A stretch of DNA of 61,843 nt, filler included. It is 10 parts of 10 records of this genome, joined end to end, with 100 filler letters (N's around TTAATTAATTAA, not from the genome) between each part and the next. Parts side by side here need not be neighbours in the genome. Positions count along the whole stretch, not along the records: positions 6,112 to 14,183 come from SRR7504441_6649; positions 14,284 to 18,239 come from SRR7504441_6650; positions 18,340 to 23,019 come from SRR7504441_6652; positions 23,120 to 26,754 come from SRR7504441_6659; 6 more parts are not named here. The stretch is one strand, 5' to 3'. The notes beneath the pieces were generated by a model, which did no database searches, was not told the origin of the DNA, and saw only the letters and a program-made list of their open reading frames with translations. The position numbers and the translations under genes were made by a program. The stretch's first letter is position 1; the number at the start of each line of letters is the position of its first letter. Shown in pieces: positions 12,101-23,310 of the stretch.

Positions 12101-14183
12101 GAACTATGTTGGTAGCCTACCAGCCGGAGGCCGAATTGCCCTTGTGGATGATCAGATTACAGGAGTTGAAATTAGCGACTTTGGAGAGAACTTCCCATGT
12201 GCCCACAGCTCTGTCGCCGGCGGCAGCCCAAGTTCATCCCGAACAGGACCTTCAACTGCAGGCGTTGCCTCCCAGACCGTCGCCAACAGCAATGTCATAA
12301 GTATCAAAACAAGTGATCTTGACACTACAAAGCGTTTTGCTATCTGCTATAGCGAGAGCTCAACACCTTCGATCTACCATGACACTGGAATTCGCGTTAC
12401 GTTGCCCAAGATTTACAAGTTCACCTATTCCAGCCGATATTACTCTGAAAGTCTCAGTCAAGGCACGCCCAACCGAGCATTCACATCATGGGATCAAAAA
12501 GATGGCTATGACATCATTGATAGACCAATGCAACGAGTACCTCGCAGCAGCGCACTGCACACTTTGTTGAAGTACACTCCTCACTCAACAGTGGGGACCG
12601 GATCAGATTCGTACAGTGTGAATGGCGATGAGCGAATCTCCATCGTTGAAGTCAGTCCCTTGATCAATGATGATGATCCATGTACAGATCCAGAGTTGGC
12701 CTCACCAGGTAGTAATGGACTTATTTCACTTGCCAACGTCCCCACGTACTTCATGGCTTACAATCTCTATGAGTTGTCCTGTTTGACCAGAGCTTCAAAG
12801 TTGGTTGAGGTAAATTACCGTTGTTGTCATTCACAGACCCATTGATATAATACCAAAGATCATTGTCCGATGATCCCAGTGCAGGCAATGCCACGCCATC
12901 TGAACTAGTGCCAGTACATGGTTGTCCATTTCCAAGTGTCTCATCAACTAGGGAGAGCGTCCTTCCAGCCTGCGCAGACAACGGTTGTTCAGCATCTAGA
13001 CTGTAGTAGAATCTCATTGCATCTGATGCTTTGGTGACTGGTGGAGATGGTCTATATGTAGGAGTCATGCCAGTGGCTTGGCCCAACTGATGGGTCGGGG
13101 TTGTAACAAAGGGCAAATAAGACGCCTATCCTTGCATCTAGACGGTGTCTTTGGGTCACATCCATGGGTATTTTGACAGTCTTGTAGGTTGCCTTCACCA
13201 CGCCAGAGTATGCCCGTAAGGGGGGGTTAATCAGCAGTTTCCCTTCTTGCCCAGCTATGTGTCTCTTGTCTATTTGAGAGATCCACTTACTGATGGCTTG
13301 GGGAGTGATGCTGTGAGAATTGATGAACACACACAAACCCGTGACAACTACAACCATGATTGGGGCATTCTATATAATGATCCGTGCCAAGAAACCACTG
13401 GGATTGAGCTGCGAAGTGAGGATACTAGTCTTCCGCAGGGCTCTGCACACTGCATTGGCTCCACAAACTATGGCAAGCTACCAAGCGAGGCTCTCACCTT
13501 GACGCTTCTATATAGTACGCCTGGTCATGCTGTTCAAGATGCACTTGGAGCAGGTGGCTACCTGTCCCTTGTTGAAACACAGGTCAGTGGGCTTCTCAAT
13601 AGACATGCTCCATGTGTAGCTGGAGCGGATGCAACCATTAGTGCAGCAAACTTTGCTTCAGGTGCCAGTACTGTTGCAGAATGGTATCCAGAGTTTCAAA
13701 TGTATGGACACAAGCATGCTTGGGGCAGGGTCTCAGGATAGGGAATTTGCTGTATGTACTGCGCAAGGAAATGGGTTTGGAAGTGACGATTCTTGGGCAG
13801 ACTCAGGAATTAGACTGCGGGTGGTGAAGTGGTTGAACCCTAAGCTAAGTCGTGTGTCGAGTGGAGCCGCCGCTCGGCTGTTCTTTGAAATCAGCTCTGG
13901 TAACTTTGCTGCATCTGGAGGCAGGGGTGCGCTGATCGGCTACAATAGCGATGGTACACAAGCTACTGGCTGTGCAGGTGCTGCAACAATCATGCAGTCT
14001 GCTAACTCGTACTATTCGAAGGGCTATGGCGTTGTGCGGGAGTTAGATTACCAGTGCCAGACTGTAAACAATGCTGACGCAGCAAATACATGTGACAGTG
14101 GTGGTGCAAACTTTGCTGCCATGGATGGGCAATATAATGACAAGTGTATGGTTGCTGAATTGTTTCAGCGACACCCGATCTTT
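6112..14183 (+). CDS. Giant extracellular-type Cys-repeat protein (>2,400 aa, at least 14 repeats), truncated at both ends and disrupted at 12708-13680 (possible pseudogene)
   Basis: Introns 6341-6412 and 7331-7458 join ORFs 6139-6345, 6400-7458 and 7581-12845 in frame. Repeat consensus YxGxL...(I/L)SLV...PC...DTxxL...(F/Y)A(V/L)CY...WxDS(G/Y)IR. Ser/Thr/Gly-rich with many NxS/T sites. Confidence 0.8.
12708..13252 (-). other. Inverted segment of the giant repeat gene
   Basis: The minus strand encodes the same repeat motifs (FALCY...HWHDSYI; RTLSLVDETLGNGQPC; MKYVGTLAS) while the plus strand loses them; candidate 40-nt GT-AG intron on the minus strand at 12818-12779. Confidence 0.85.
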
Positions 14184-14283
14184 NNNNNNNNNNNNNNNNN
14201 NNNNNNNNNNNNNNNNNNNNNNNNNNNTTAATTAATTAANNNNNNNNNNNNNNNNNNNNNNNNNNNNNNNNNNNNNNNNNNNN

Positions 14284-16882
14284 TTCAGCACCGGCTGCAA
14301 GCACTATCTGGGCCTCTTGACTAGATGCTGCATTGATTGCAAGGACAGCATCCGCAGATCCAGTGTGGTTGGTACTATGCAGCTCTAATCTTGTTTCCCG
14401 AGTTTCATCAGTATCCAGTACAAGCACTGGAACTGGTGAGTTACTCCGTCTAATCAAAAGCGCATCACTTTTCCCATCATTGACCAGAGAAAACCCTTCA
14501 TCACCAGATGCAAGGATTATCTTCGCTTCCTGCTCCTCAGCTGCTCGCAGGGTCATGATTGAGCTCCACACATCATGAGTCGGCTCTGGTGTCTCGAACA
14601 AGCCTTCAAATACTGGGCCATCTCCTGCACAAAGCACTGACAAGCCTTGCAGCTGGCACTGGAGCGCATAGGTCTTGTTCCCTTCCAGCAGAGCCATCGT
14701 CTCACACTGCATTGGCCAGGATGGATAGTCCGGTTCGCCTGGGTTCAGACCATCTACTAGTGGACACACATACGATATGTTTGACCATTGATGTATGCCA
14801 CATTGGACTATAATTGGTAGAATCTGAGTCTCAGCAGTACAGGATGCCGTGACGTTCATCTGTTGTATGAGTGTCTCGGGTTCGTCAAAGTTTATCAGGG
14901 AGTGGTTAAAAAACGAGCAATTAGCAGAGCAGCTGAGTTGTCTGAGAGGCACATCTGAAATCTGGGCTTCCTGAGAGTGCCGAATTGAATCGATTCCTGC
15001 TGCTCTAGGAAATGCCAGTGAGAACGGCACCGCATCCACTCCACTGCGGGTCACTTCCAGGTTACCAGAGGAGCCCGAATGCACAATTCCCCACGAGTCT
15101 GTCCCTTGGGCCAGGACCACCTTGGCCTCCTGGCCCCTTGCTGCATTGAGTGTCATCACAGCTGACCACTGCCTAATTTGAGCAGGCCGTCGATCCTTAT
15201 CAAACACACCAGCGTGGAACTCCTCATCGACAGCAGAATAGCCCGACTGAGAGCATGAAGAGTTGTAACGGGTTGAGCCCAGCAGAGTGGTTGATGCATT
15301 GTCTACATGAATGTCTGCTGGGTCAAGCGAATGCAAGTCGAGAACCGCGCTGTATGCCACGCAGCTAGACACGTAGCTGTAGTCGGTAGAACTCATCGGC
15401 GGTGGAATGGCTGCACTCTGGACCGCCTCAGGAGTTGCTATTGTCATGATCGGCTGTCCAATTCCCCGACGAGTCACAGCAAATGTGTCAGTAGAGCCAT
15501 CATGTGTCATGCTGAACGCCTCCGGCCCCTGCGAGAGCGTCACGCGAGCCTCTTGGCCCTCGGGAGCGTTGACAGTGACCACAGTGTCGGTCTCGACTGT
15601 CGAATCAGCATGCGACAAGGTCATCGAGGTCTCAGCGTTGCCTGAGGCATCCAAAACCAGGATTGGTCGGCCGACCGCATCCCTCTTGAGCTTGAGCACA
15701 TCCGACGACCCGTCGTTTGAGAGCGTATACGAGTTCAGCCCTTCCGATAGCACCAGCTGCCACCCACTCAGCCGGCCTTCGGCTCAGCAGGTGCACCTTG
15801 GCTTCCTCGCCCTCAGGTGCCCGGATCCGTGCGATCACGTCCGCCCCCAAGCTGCCGTCGCACACTTCTGGGTCGAGGCAGGCCGACTGCACGACAAGCT
15901 TGGTGTCGATGTTGGCATCCAACTCGAGAAGGCTCGTTTTGCTCAGCGCCCGTCGGATCAAAAATGTGTCTCTCGGGCCATCTGCCCACCCGACTCTCGC
16001 CCCAGCTCCGGACCGGGCGCGCACCGTTGTCGATCATCCAGCTGTCGGTGCCGACTCCAAGCTCGAGGCTGGCACGCTGCTCGGCCTGGGCGTTCACGAT
16101 CACTGTGGCGTCACCAGGCCCATTGAACGTGAGCCCCTGCTTGCTCATCCCCGAGGCGTCCACCTTGAGCACCGGCTCGGCCCGTCCCGACCTGCCGCCC
16201 GGATCGGCCCGGCCGGGGCAGCTGGCGCACCGGATGATCTTGAAACTGCTGTCCCTTCCATCGTTCATCATCGTGTAGAAACCATCGCCCGACTGGAGCA
16301 CCATTTTGGAGGCCTCGTCCCCCGACGCCTTGAGCCGGAGCAGCGTCGACCAGCGGCTCCTGTCAGTCCACGGCTCGCTCGCCCATCGGAACGGGTTCGC
16401 GTTCGGATTCATCGGCCCGCTCTCCAGCGACAGAACCGGACTCTCGGCCCGCTGCAGCCACACCGCCAGCTGATCCCGACGGTGGTCCGAGCCGAACGGT
16501 TCGAACCGGAACTCGGAGAGCGTGTTGGGGGCGCGGAGCAGCAGCTGCCCGCGGACGTGCAAGTCCCCCCTCTCCCTGCCCACTGGCGCGAGCGCTCAGC
16601 CGGCCCCGGGCGGTGGCGGGACACCGGTGGTGTTGCCGGTGACGTACATGCTCTTGCGCGGGTAGTCGGGCTTCCATACGCCTGCCCCCCGGCCGGCTCG
16701 CTCGGTCCGCCGCCCGGCGCCCACCGACGCTGGCCGTCCCGTGCAAGGTAAGGTTGGTGCCGCCCGACACCGACACCCTGCCCGAGCTCAGCCGGCCGGA
16801 CCAAGCCCGCGGCTCACCAGCCATCCACCGGGCGGGCCAGAAGGCCGAACAGCAGCCATAGCCCGGCACTCGCTCGGGCCAT
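14284..16882 (-). CDS. Secreted beta-repeat (fibre-like) protein, 3'-truncated, at least 7 exons
   Basis: ATG at 16882 gives signal peptide MARASAGLWLLFGLLARPVDG; six ~40-nt GT-AG introns link the ORF fragments; seven copies of a repeat like VxLxAxxGQEAKxxLxxGxDS(F/W)xxxNDGxxDxxxIxRxxxxxPVLxLD. Confidence 0.75.
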
Positions 16883-18339
16883 CCCAGTCGGCGCCCTCCT
16901 CCTCACTGCGCCAAGCTCATCTTGCGATGATGAAAGTCCTCAACGGGCTCGTTGTTGTTGCCCAGCTTGAGTCAGCACACGAGCCCCTCAACCGGTTCGC
17001 ATCCCGTGAGGGAGGGCTGTCCTCCACCCTCGTATTCTTCGTAATAGTCCACTTGCTCCGATTTGACCGATTGCATTGACTCCGAGCGGGCGATCTTGGT
17101 CGGGCGCTCTTCAAAGCTCCATCATGTGCTCGGCGATCACGCGGTCCTTGGCAGCTCTCGCGCACTCCCGATCAAAGTCCTCGGGGGTACGGGGGGCGTG
17201 GCGTCGTCAAAGATGCGGATCATCCGCTCGAAGACGCTTGAAAAGTCGTTCCGGTCCGGTTGTTCGTTGTCGGCCAGGACCGGAGCGCCGCTGCGCTGGA
17301 CGGCGCGGTCCAGTTCGATGAATGCTTGGGCCTGCGTCTTGGCACCCCACGCACCGGGCCGGCGAAGTGGCGGGCCGGGAGCACACAAACCTGCTCCTTG
17401 TGGCTGTTGACCGTTTGAGTCGTGGCCATTCCATCCAAGTGGTCCCATACCACTGATTCGGTTCCTGGCGAGCTTCGGTTCCTTGCGAGCTTCGGCACAT
17501 CTGGGACGAAGTGAAGGTCCCGATCGACGAAGCACTCGCGGCAGCACGCATAGGCGACACCGCGTTCAATGGCCTCGATTCGTCGGTCGCACTCATTGAA
17601 GCGGAAGTAGTTCCAGACTTTGCGAGGTATGGCATCGCGGTCGAGATCGTCAACAAGGAGGAGGCAGACCCGGTGTTCACCCTCAAAGTGCTCGGGTCGG
17701 GGCTGCAGACGTCCATAATAGGCGATACCAACGACGTGCACCCTGGAGCTAGCGCTGCACTCGCCCCCACATGCACACATGCCCCCACACCCATCTGCTA
17801 ACTCCTAACCGTAACTCCTGTTGATGCAGCGGATGCATACTTGGCAAGAATCTTGCTCACTGGAGGCAAGATTGGTATGCCTCAAAAGGTTGCTAAAATC
17901 TGATATCTCGGTGCTGCAGCTAGGCTAAGCCCGGTGGGCGCCTGCTAACAGTTGGTTGCCTCTCAAGCCGCGTAATTAGAGAACAATGACAACAGTTGAC
18001 TTGGACGAAGAAATGCTCAAGGCGCTGCCCCACACTGCGGGCAAAGCGAGCCGCTTGTGGTCGGACTCCCAGCAATCGGCTGAGGAGACCCGCTGCATGC
18101 CCGAGAGGTTCCGGACATCACGCACAGGTGGAACCGAACCCAGCACACCGTTTGACTGAATTATCGTTGGAGAGCGACAACGACAACACCGCGAGCCGCT
18201 GTCCGCAACCATGCTTTGGGCTCTTGCACCAGTGGCTGTNNNNNNNNNNNNNNNNNNNNNNNNNNNNNNNNNNNNNNNNNNNNTTAATTAATTAANNNNN
18301 NNNNNNNNNNNNNNNNNNNNNNNNNNNNNNNNNNNNNNN

Positions 18340-18788
18340 GTGCGGCGGCGGCGGCGGCGGCGGGTGAGCGACTGAGCAGGACCCGAGTGGATGGTGGCTC
18401 GGGGAGTGCAACGGCGTGACTGGGCTGTTCCCAATGAACTTTGTCTCCGCAGCCGAGCCGGCGTCCAAGCCCGAGCCTGCGAAGCGCGCGGAGCCTGGCG
18501 CAAAGTCGCCGGCGCCAATGATGAGCAGCAAAGGCGGAGGGTCCAAGTACAAGGTGGCCGGCCGGGCGGGGCGGGGGCTGAGCGTGTGCAGGTGATGTTT
18601 GACTACGACGCCGAGAAGCCGGAGGAGCTGACCATAAGGGAAGGGCAGATGCTGACGGTCGTGGGGGAGGCGGACGGGTGCGATAGGCAGGCTTGGCACG
18701 GCATGACGGGCGGGCCAGATACTTCCAGGGGGTAAATTCACAGGGCCAGACCGGCCGGTTTCCGGCTATTTTCGTAGAGGAAGCGTGA
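18340..18788 (+). CDS. 3' end of a tandem SH3-domain protein
   Basis: Spliced reading DPSGWWLGECNGVTGLFPMNFV (end of one SH3), then KYKVMFDYDAEKPEELTIREGQMLTVVGEADGYFQG...GRFPAIFVEEA*; two ~40-nt GT-AG introns. Confidence 0.85.
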
Positions 18789-18930
18789 GACATTGATATT
18801 TATTATAAACACTCCACGTGCGCGCATCTTTTTGTTCTAGGTGGCTGTCGGTGGTGCGTGCTCTGTGCCTTGTTTCACCAGTGCCACTTTCCACTCGTCC
18901 TCCTTCTTGAAGATGAAGCATGCTACTGCG

Positions 18931-18971
18931 TTACGAGAATACGAGCTTACGAGCTCCTCGTAACCTCGTAA
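18931..18971. repeat. Intergenic cluster of five TACGAG/CTCGTA units forming an imperfect hairpin
   Basis: TTACGAG AA TACGAG C TTACGAG CTC CTCGTAA C CTCGTAA. Confidence 0.7.
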
Positions 18972-19221
18972 TTATACCGAACTATGGAAAAGAATGTTTT
19001 TCGATACTCGAATATTTTTTAAAACATCAAATGATTATCGATGTTATCGAAGCCACACAAACCTTACAATTGAGCGGAAGAAATTGAATTACAAACTAGC
19101 ATCATCTGCGCAAGCTACCTGCGACACCAAATCGCGAAATCGCCCGGCCCTTTACGACGCTAAATCGACCCGACCCCCACCTGCCAAAAATGAGAAACGT
19201 GACCAAACGTGACTACCACTG

Positions 19222-19899
19222 ATGCCTGTGGGAGGACGGAGTGCGGCCATTCTGGCCTTGGCTCTTCTGAGCTGCGCGACAGCGCATCCGTGCGACAAGC
19301 ACGCCGACCAGTGCTGCCACCACTGCTGCAAGATGCACGTGGGGCCCTGCTGCCACCACGACCGCACCAACCCGCCGCGCCAGATCTGCTGCTGCTCCGC
19401 AGTCGATAAGTACAACTGCGGCTGCAAAGACAACGACATTCCCCATACGAAGCCCGCACCGTACGTCAACACTTCGATGCCCGATCCGACGTGTACCCGG
19501 GGCGACCTCCAGCAAGACAGCGTGCTCAGGCTCACCGTGTGCTGCGGCTTCGGCCAGTCAGCTGCCCAGTGCGCCGCCGCCAACCTCCAGGCCCAGAACC
19601 GCTCGTGCGACCGCGCACCCCCGCCCTGTATAATGGGCGCCCCCCCAGCTAGCAAGCAGGTGTGCTGCATGTGGAAGAACTGGACGGCCTGCGATGCGGC
19701 GCCGCTCAACAGTCGCTGCCCGACTGTCCGTTGCATCCCAGGCGTCAACTGCCCCGACCCCGCAGCCGGCGACTGGTGCAACGCTGGCGAGTGGCAGAAC
19801 GTAGCCCGGGCCATGGGTGGCTGCTCCGGCTGCTGCGAATCAGCCTCGCTCAACCAGGCTGCAGCCCGGCAACGCCAGAGCTTCCTGCAACCAAGTTGA
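19222..19899 (+). CDS. Secreted cysteine-rich protein, intronless, 225 aa
   Basis: Signal peptide MPVGGRSAAILALALLSCATA; many Cys including CC and CCC clusters; GC-rich third codon positions. Confidence 0.75.
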   Translation: MPVGGRSAAILALALLSCATAHPCDKHADQCCHHCCKMHVGPCCHHDRTNPPRQICCCSAVDKYNCGCKDNDIPHTKPAPYVNTSMPDPTCTRGDLQQDSVLRLTVCCGFGQSAAQCAAANLQAQNRSCDRAPPPCIMGAPPASKQVCCMWKNWTACDAAPLNSRCPTVRCIPGVNCPDPAAGDWCNAGEWQNVARAMGGCSGCCESASLNQAAARQRQSFLQPS

Positions 19900-20053
19900 T
19901 GTACAAAAGCCCTATTTGTATGAAACGTATGAAGCTTATGAATTGTATAAAATGTTTGCATGTTGGCACAGTGTCCGGTCCAGTACCTTTGTTAGCACAT
20001 ACGACGCACGTACGACGGACCGGACACTGTGCCATTACGAATCGCACATACAC

Positions 20054-21457
20054 TCAAGGCGGCTCACTCGTGTCAGCGGCTTGAACACCCGGCCCTAACG
20101 GCTCCGTCTCGCTCGCGCCGTCCTCCTCACAGCCCCGTTGCTCCTCAACACCGCCCTGTCGCTCGCTCCTAGTTTCCCTGGGCGTCTGATCACCAGGCTC
20201 CTCGTCCTCCACCGCCATCTCGTACCGAGATCCGTCCTTGCCCAGCTCCACCTCCTCACAGCTCATCCCAGTCCTCGGCTGCTGCAGCTGAAGACCGAGG
20301 CTCCACGCCACCATTCCAACAGCCACTGCAGCAGCCACCCAGAACGTCCACACTGCCCCATAGGCCTCAAACGCCAGCCCACCCACCAGCGCCCCCAGCC
20401 CATAGCCCAGCCCCCAGTGCAGAGCCTCCACCGCCCCTTGATACTGCGCCGCCTTCCCTGCTGGCGCGATCTCTTGAGCGTGGCTAACTGCCACAGACCA
20501 CAGAGCAGCGAACGTGATCCCGTGAAGCACCTCAGCAGGCAGCACCCACCACGGCTCAACAAGCAGCGCGTAGTACCCAAAACGGCCCGCATACGCCGCC
20601 CCGGTCAGCGCGAGAGTCCCATACGTGCCCAGTCGCGCAATCACCCAGCCGCTCACCTGAAAGAATGGAACCTCCGCCGCACACATCACCAGCCGCGCCG
20701 CGCCCATGCACAGCGCCCCTGCCCCAAGTTGCTCCAGCCGCACAAACAGGAACGTGTCGATCACCCCCGACAGCCCCCCGCCCAGCGTCACCAGTCCGAA
20801 GAACCCAAGCTCACCGAAGGCCGTCGGCTTCTCCGACTCGCCGCCCGACTCGGCCGGATCCGGGCGGCCACCAGCCTCGGCCATTGCCTGCATGTCCATT
20901 CCGTAGATCGCCGCGCACGCCCCGAGCTGCAGCGCGCCGAACCCCCCAAACACCGCCGGCCAGCCGGTCCATTCGAGCATCGACCCGCCGGCCAGCGAGG
21001 CAACGCCGAACCCTACAGCCCCCCAGAGCCGAGCCCGGCCGTACGCCCCGGCCGAGCCGGTGTGCCGCATCGCGAACGAGTCCAGCACCGGCGTGGAGCT
21101 CGACAGCACGGCGGTGAGCCCCGTGGCGCCCAGCACGAGCCCGAACCTCAGCGAGGATGGGTCTGCGGCGGCGGCGGGCAGGAGCAGCTGCTGGGTGCCG
21201 GCCGAGAGCCCGAGCGACGCGAGCAGCACCAGCCGGTGGCTCCGGAACCGGTCGGCCAGCCAGCCGATGGCCGGGGTGGCCAGGCAGCCCAGCACCCGCT
21301 GGGTGGCGAATACGAGCCCCACACGGCTCTCGGAGAGCTGAGCGGCCTTGTGCGCGAAGACCGGCAGGAAAGGGAGCAGCAGGCCGTACCCCGAGAACAG
21401 CAGCAGGTAGCTCAGCCCGATCCGGCCCGCCTGCGCCCCAGGCTCCTCCTCGGTCAT
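20054..21457 (-). CDS. MFS transporter (MFS_1-like/MFSD6-type), intronless
   Basis: About 12 hydrophobic segments; motifs GWLADRF, YGRARLWGAVGFG, AEVPFF, EVLHGITFA, GYGLGALVGG. Confidence 0.9.
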   Translation of the reverse strand: MTEEEPGAQAGRIGLSYLLLFSGYGLLLPFLPVFAHKAAQLSESRVGLVFATQRVLGCLATPAIGWLADRFRSHRLVLLASLGLSAGTQQLLLPAAAADPSSLRFGLVLGATGLTAVLSSSTPVLDSFAMRHTGSAGAYGRARLWGAVGFGVASLAGGSMLEWTGWPAVFGGFGALQLGACAAIYGMDMQAMAEAGGRPDPAESGGESEKPTAFGELGFFGLVTLGGGLSGVIDTFLFVRLEQLGAGALCMGAARLVMCAAEVPFFQVSGWVIARLGTYGTLALTGAAYAGRFGYYALLVEPWWVLPAEVLHGITFAALWSVAVSHAQEIAPAGKAAQYQGAVEALHWGLGYGLGALVGGLAFEAYGAVWTFWVAAAVAVGMVAWSLGLQLQQPRTGMSCEEVELGKDGSRYEMAVEDEEPGDQTPRETRSERQGGVEEQRGCEEDGASETEPLGPGVQAADTSEPP

Positions 21458-21548
21458 CTGCTCAGGTGCGCTCCCACGGCAGACGCTCGGTGGTTCCGTT
21501 AACTTTGCCTGAATCTATTCGGAGCCCCTGTGTGGCAGAGCGGCGGGG
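21458..21548. promoter_or_regulatory. Putative bidirectional promoter with TCCGTTA at 21495-21501
   Basis: 91 nt between divergent ATGs; same motif found in all other head-to-head spacers. Confidence 0.6.
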
Positions 21549-22513
21549 ATGGCGGCCCCGGCTAACCTGGATCGGCTGGACTACACCTGCAAATACGATA
21601 CCAGCCTGTCCGACTGGACCCGCATCCGGTGCCCCCCGCCCCGGCGCCCCCGACCGGCCGGCCAGCCTCCAGCTCACCGCGCTTGTGGACGGCCAACCGG
21701 TCTGCACTCTACCGCTCACCCCGCAGCGCTGCCTGCGCCGGCGAGGGCTGTTCGGCCCGCGCGAGCCGTCGGACGAAGGTGCGCCGCCCGCGAGATCCGC
21801 CAGCCCCGGGGTCCAGGCACGCACCTGCAAGGGGTGACGGAGCCTGGGGAGTCTGCGCTGTACACGGCGGGCGACGGCGCGGTGCTCGGCTGGCGGGTGG
21901 AGGCGACATACATCCTGGATCTGGAGGACCCCGAGGTGCCCTCCCGCCTACCCGGCCGCCAAGCCCCGGCTGCAGGCCCCGGCCCCTGTGGCCAGTGTCG
22001 CCGAGTTTGATCGACACCACGCTGTCCAACTCCACCCGCAAGCCGCGCTGGACCAGCCCGAGTTCGGGGCGCTCCAACGGACAGAACTGACCACCCCGTT
22101 CGAGTTCACGGCCGAGTACGCCCCGCCCAGCGCCGACCCGCCGCCGGAGGTGCCGGAGGGCGAGGAGCCGCCAGCGCCGGCTCCGTTTGTGAGCGTGAGT
22201 GCTGTCCGTTGGATCGAGCAGTACCACATCGTGATCCGGCGGATCAGGGTGGCGCTGGACGATTTGATCCACTCGGACCAGGTGCCCCGGCCCGAGGCTC
22301 CGGCTGAGCCGCTGCTAGGTGGTGCCTATTGACTATGACGCTGGACGCGACCCGCCCAAGCCGCGCTTTAGCGGGATTGCGCCGCGGGTGGGCAGCCGGC
22401 CAGTGGGTGCCGAGCTGGCCGGGCAGGAGCTGGAGGACGGGAGCTTCCTGGACAGCGTGCCGCGGGAGGCGATCGAGGGGTTCGTGTTCCCAAACCTTGC
22501 TCCGACGATTTAA
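21549..22513 (+). CDS. Hypothetical protein, 5 exons
   Basis: Four 37-40-nt GT-AG introns join the frames into one ORF MAAPANLDRLDYTCKYD...FVFPNLAPTI*; no family recognised. Confidence 0.65.
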
Positions 22514-22714
22514 TACACGTACGGATCGAGGAGTGTACGGCACTAAGTACATGTACCGTAGATCTTTTGTTTCTCATAAAATTTCTTTGCGCTTCATCTC
22601 AACTGGTCGCTCAATTTCGTGTGGGATCTCGACTCCAATTTTGCAAAAGTCAAGCGGAAACGCCGGTGCAATGAGCTAGCAAGTATAATTATTACAAGTT
22701 TACAAGCTCACTGC

Positions 22715-23019
22715 TTACAAGCGTATACTACCTTCATGATCACGATCAGTCGCCACAAGCACAGTTCGCTGAGCTTTGGTACTATCCATCGGATCAGCGA
22801 CAGGGTTTGGTGTCTGAGTGGGCGAAGCCGAAGCAGCTGCGAGACGTCCATACAATACATACACCCAGACGGCACATGCAACGATGCCAACCGCCAGGCA
22901 GCAAGCCATCGCCAGCACTACGATAAATCTAACGTGCCAGTCGGTGCCGCCACCGCCTCCGCTGTCAGTGCAATCTGGGAACTGAACTAAAGTATTGGCG
23001 AATTGCAGAAACAGCACCG
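22715..23019 (-). CDS. 3' end of a single-pass membrane protein, truncated
   Basis: Open frame from the contig end with TM segment FIVVLAMACCLAVGIVACAVWVYVLY. Confidence 0.5.
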
Positions 23020-23310
23020 NNNNNNNNNNNNNNNNNNNNNNNNNNNNNNNNNNNNNNNNNNNNTTAATTAATTAANNNNNNNNNNNNNNNNNNNNNNNNN
23101 NNNNNNNNNNNNNNNNNNNGGGCTGGCGCGGCATCGGCGACGACTCGGCCTGCCACTGGCCCGGCTGGTCGATTTGCCTGATGAATCCGTTACTGACCGG
23201 GAAGTCCACCGCAGCCGGCTCGCCTCCGTCGCTATATACGGAGGCGCGGACCCAGCGGCGCGGAGCAGGAGCCGAGCAGATCCTCCTGCGCCGGGAGGCA
23301 GTGAGCCGGG

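Noticed and set aside
20138-21502. Long antisense ORFs such as 20138-21502(+), 44221-45312(-) and the upstream extension of 47568-48917(-)
   Set aside because: Shadow frames of GC-rich genes with Arg/Pro/Ala-biased translations and no motifs.
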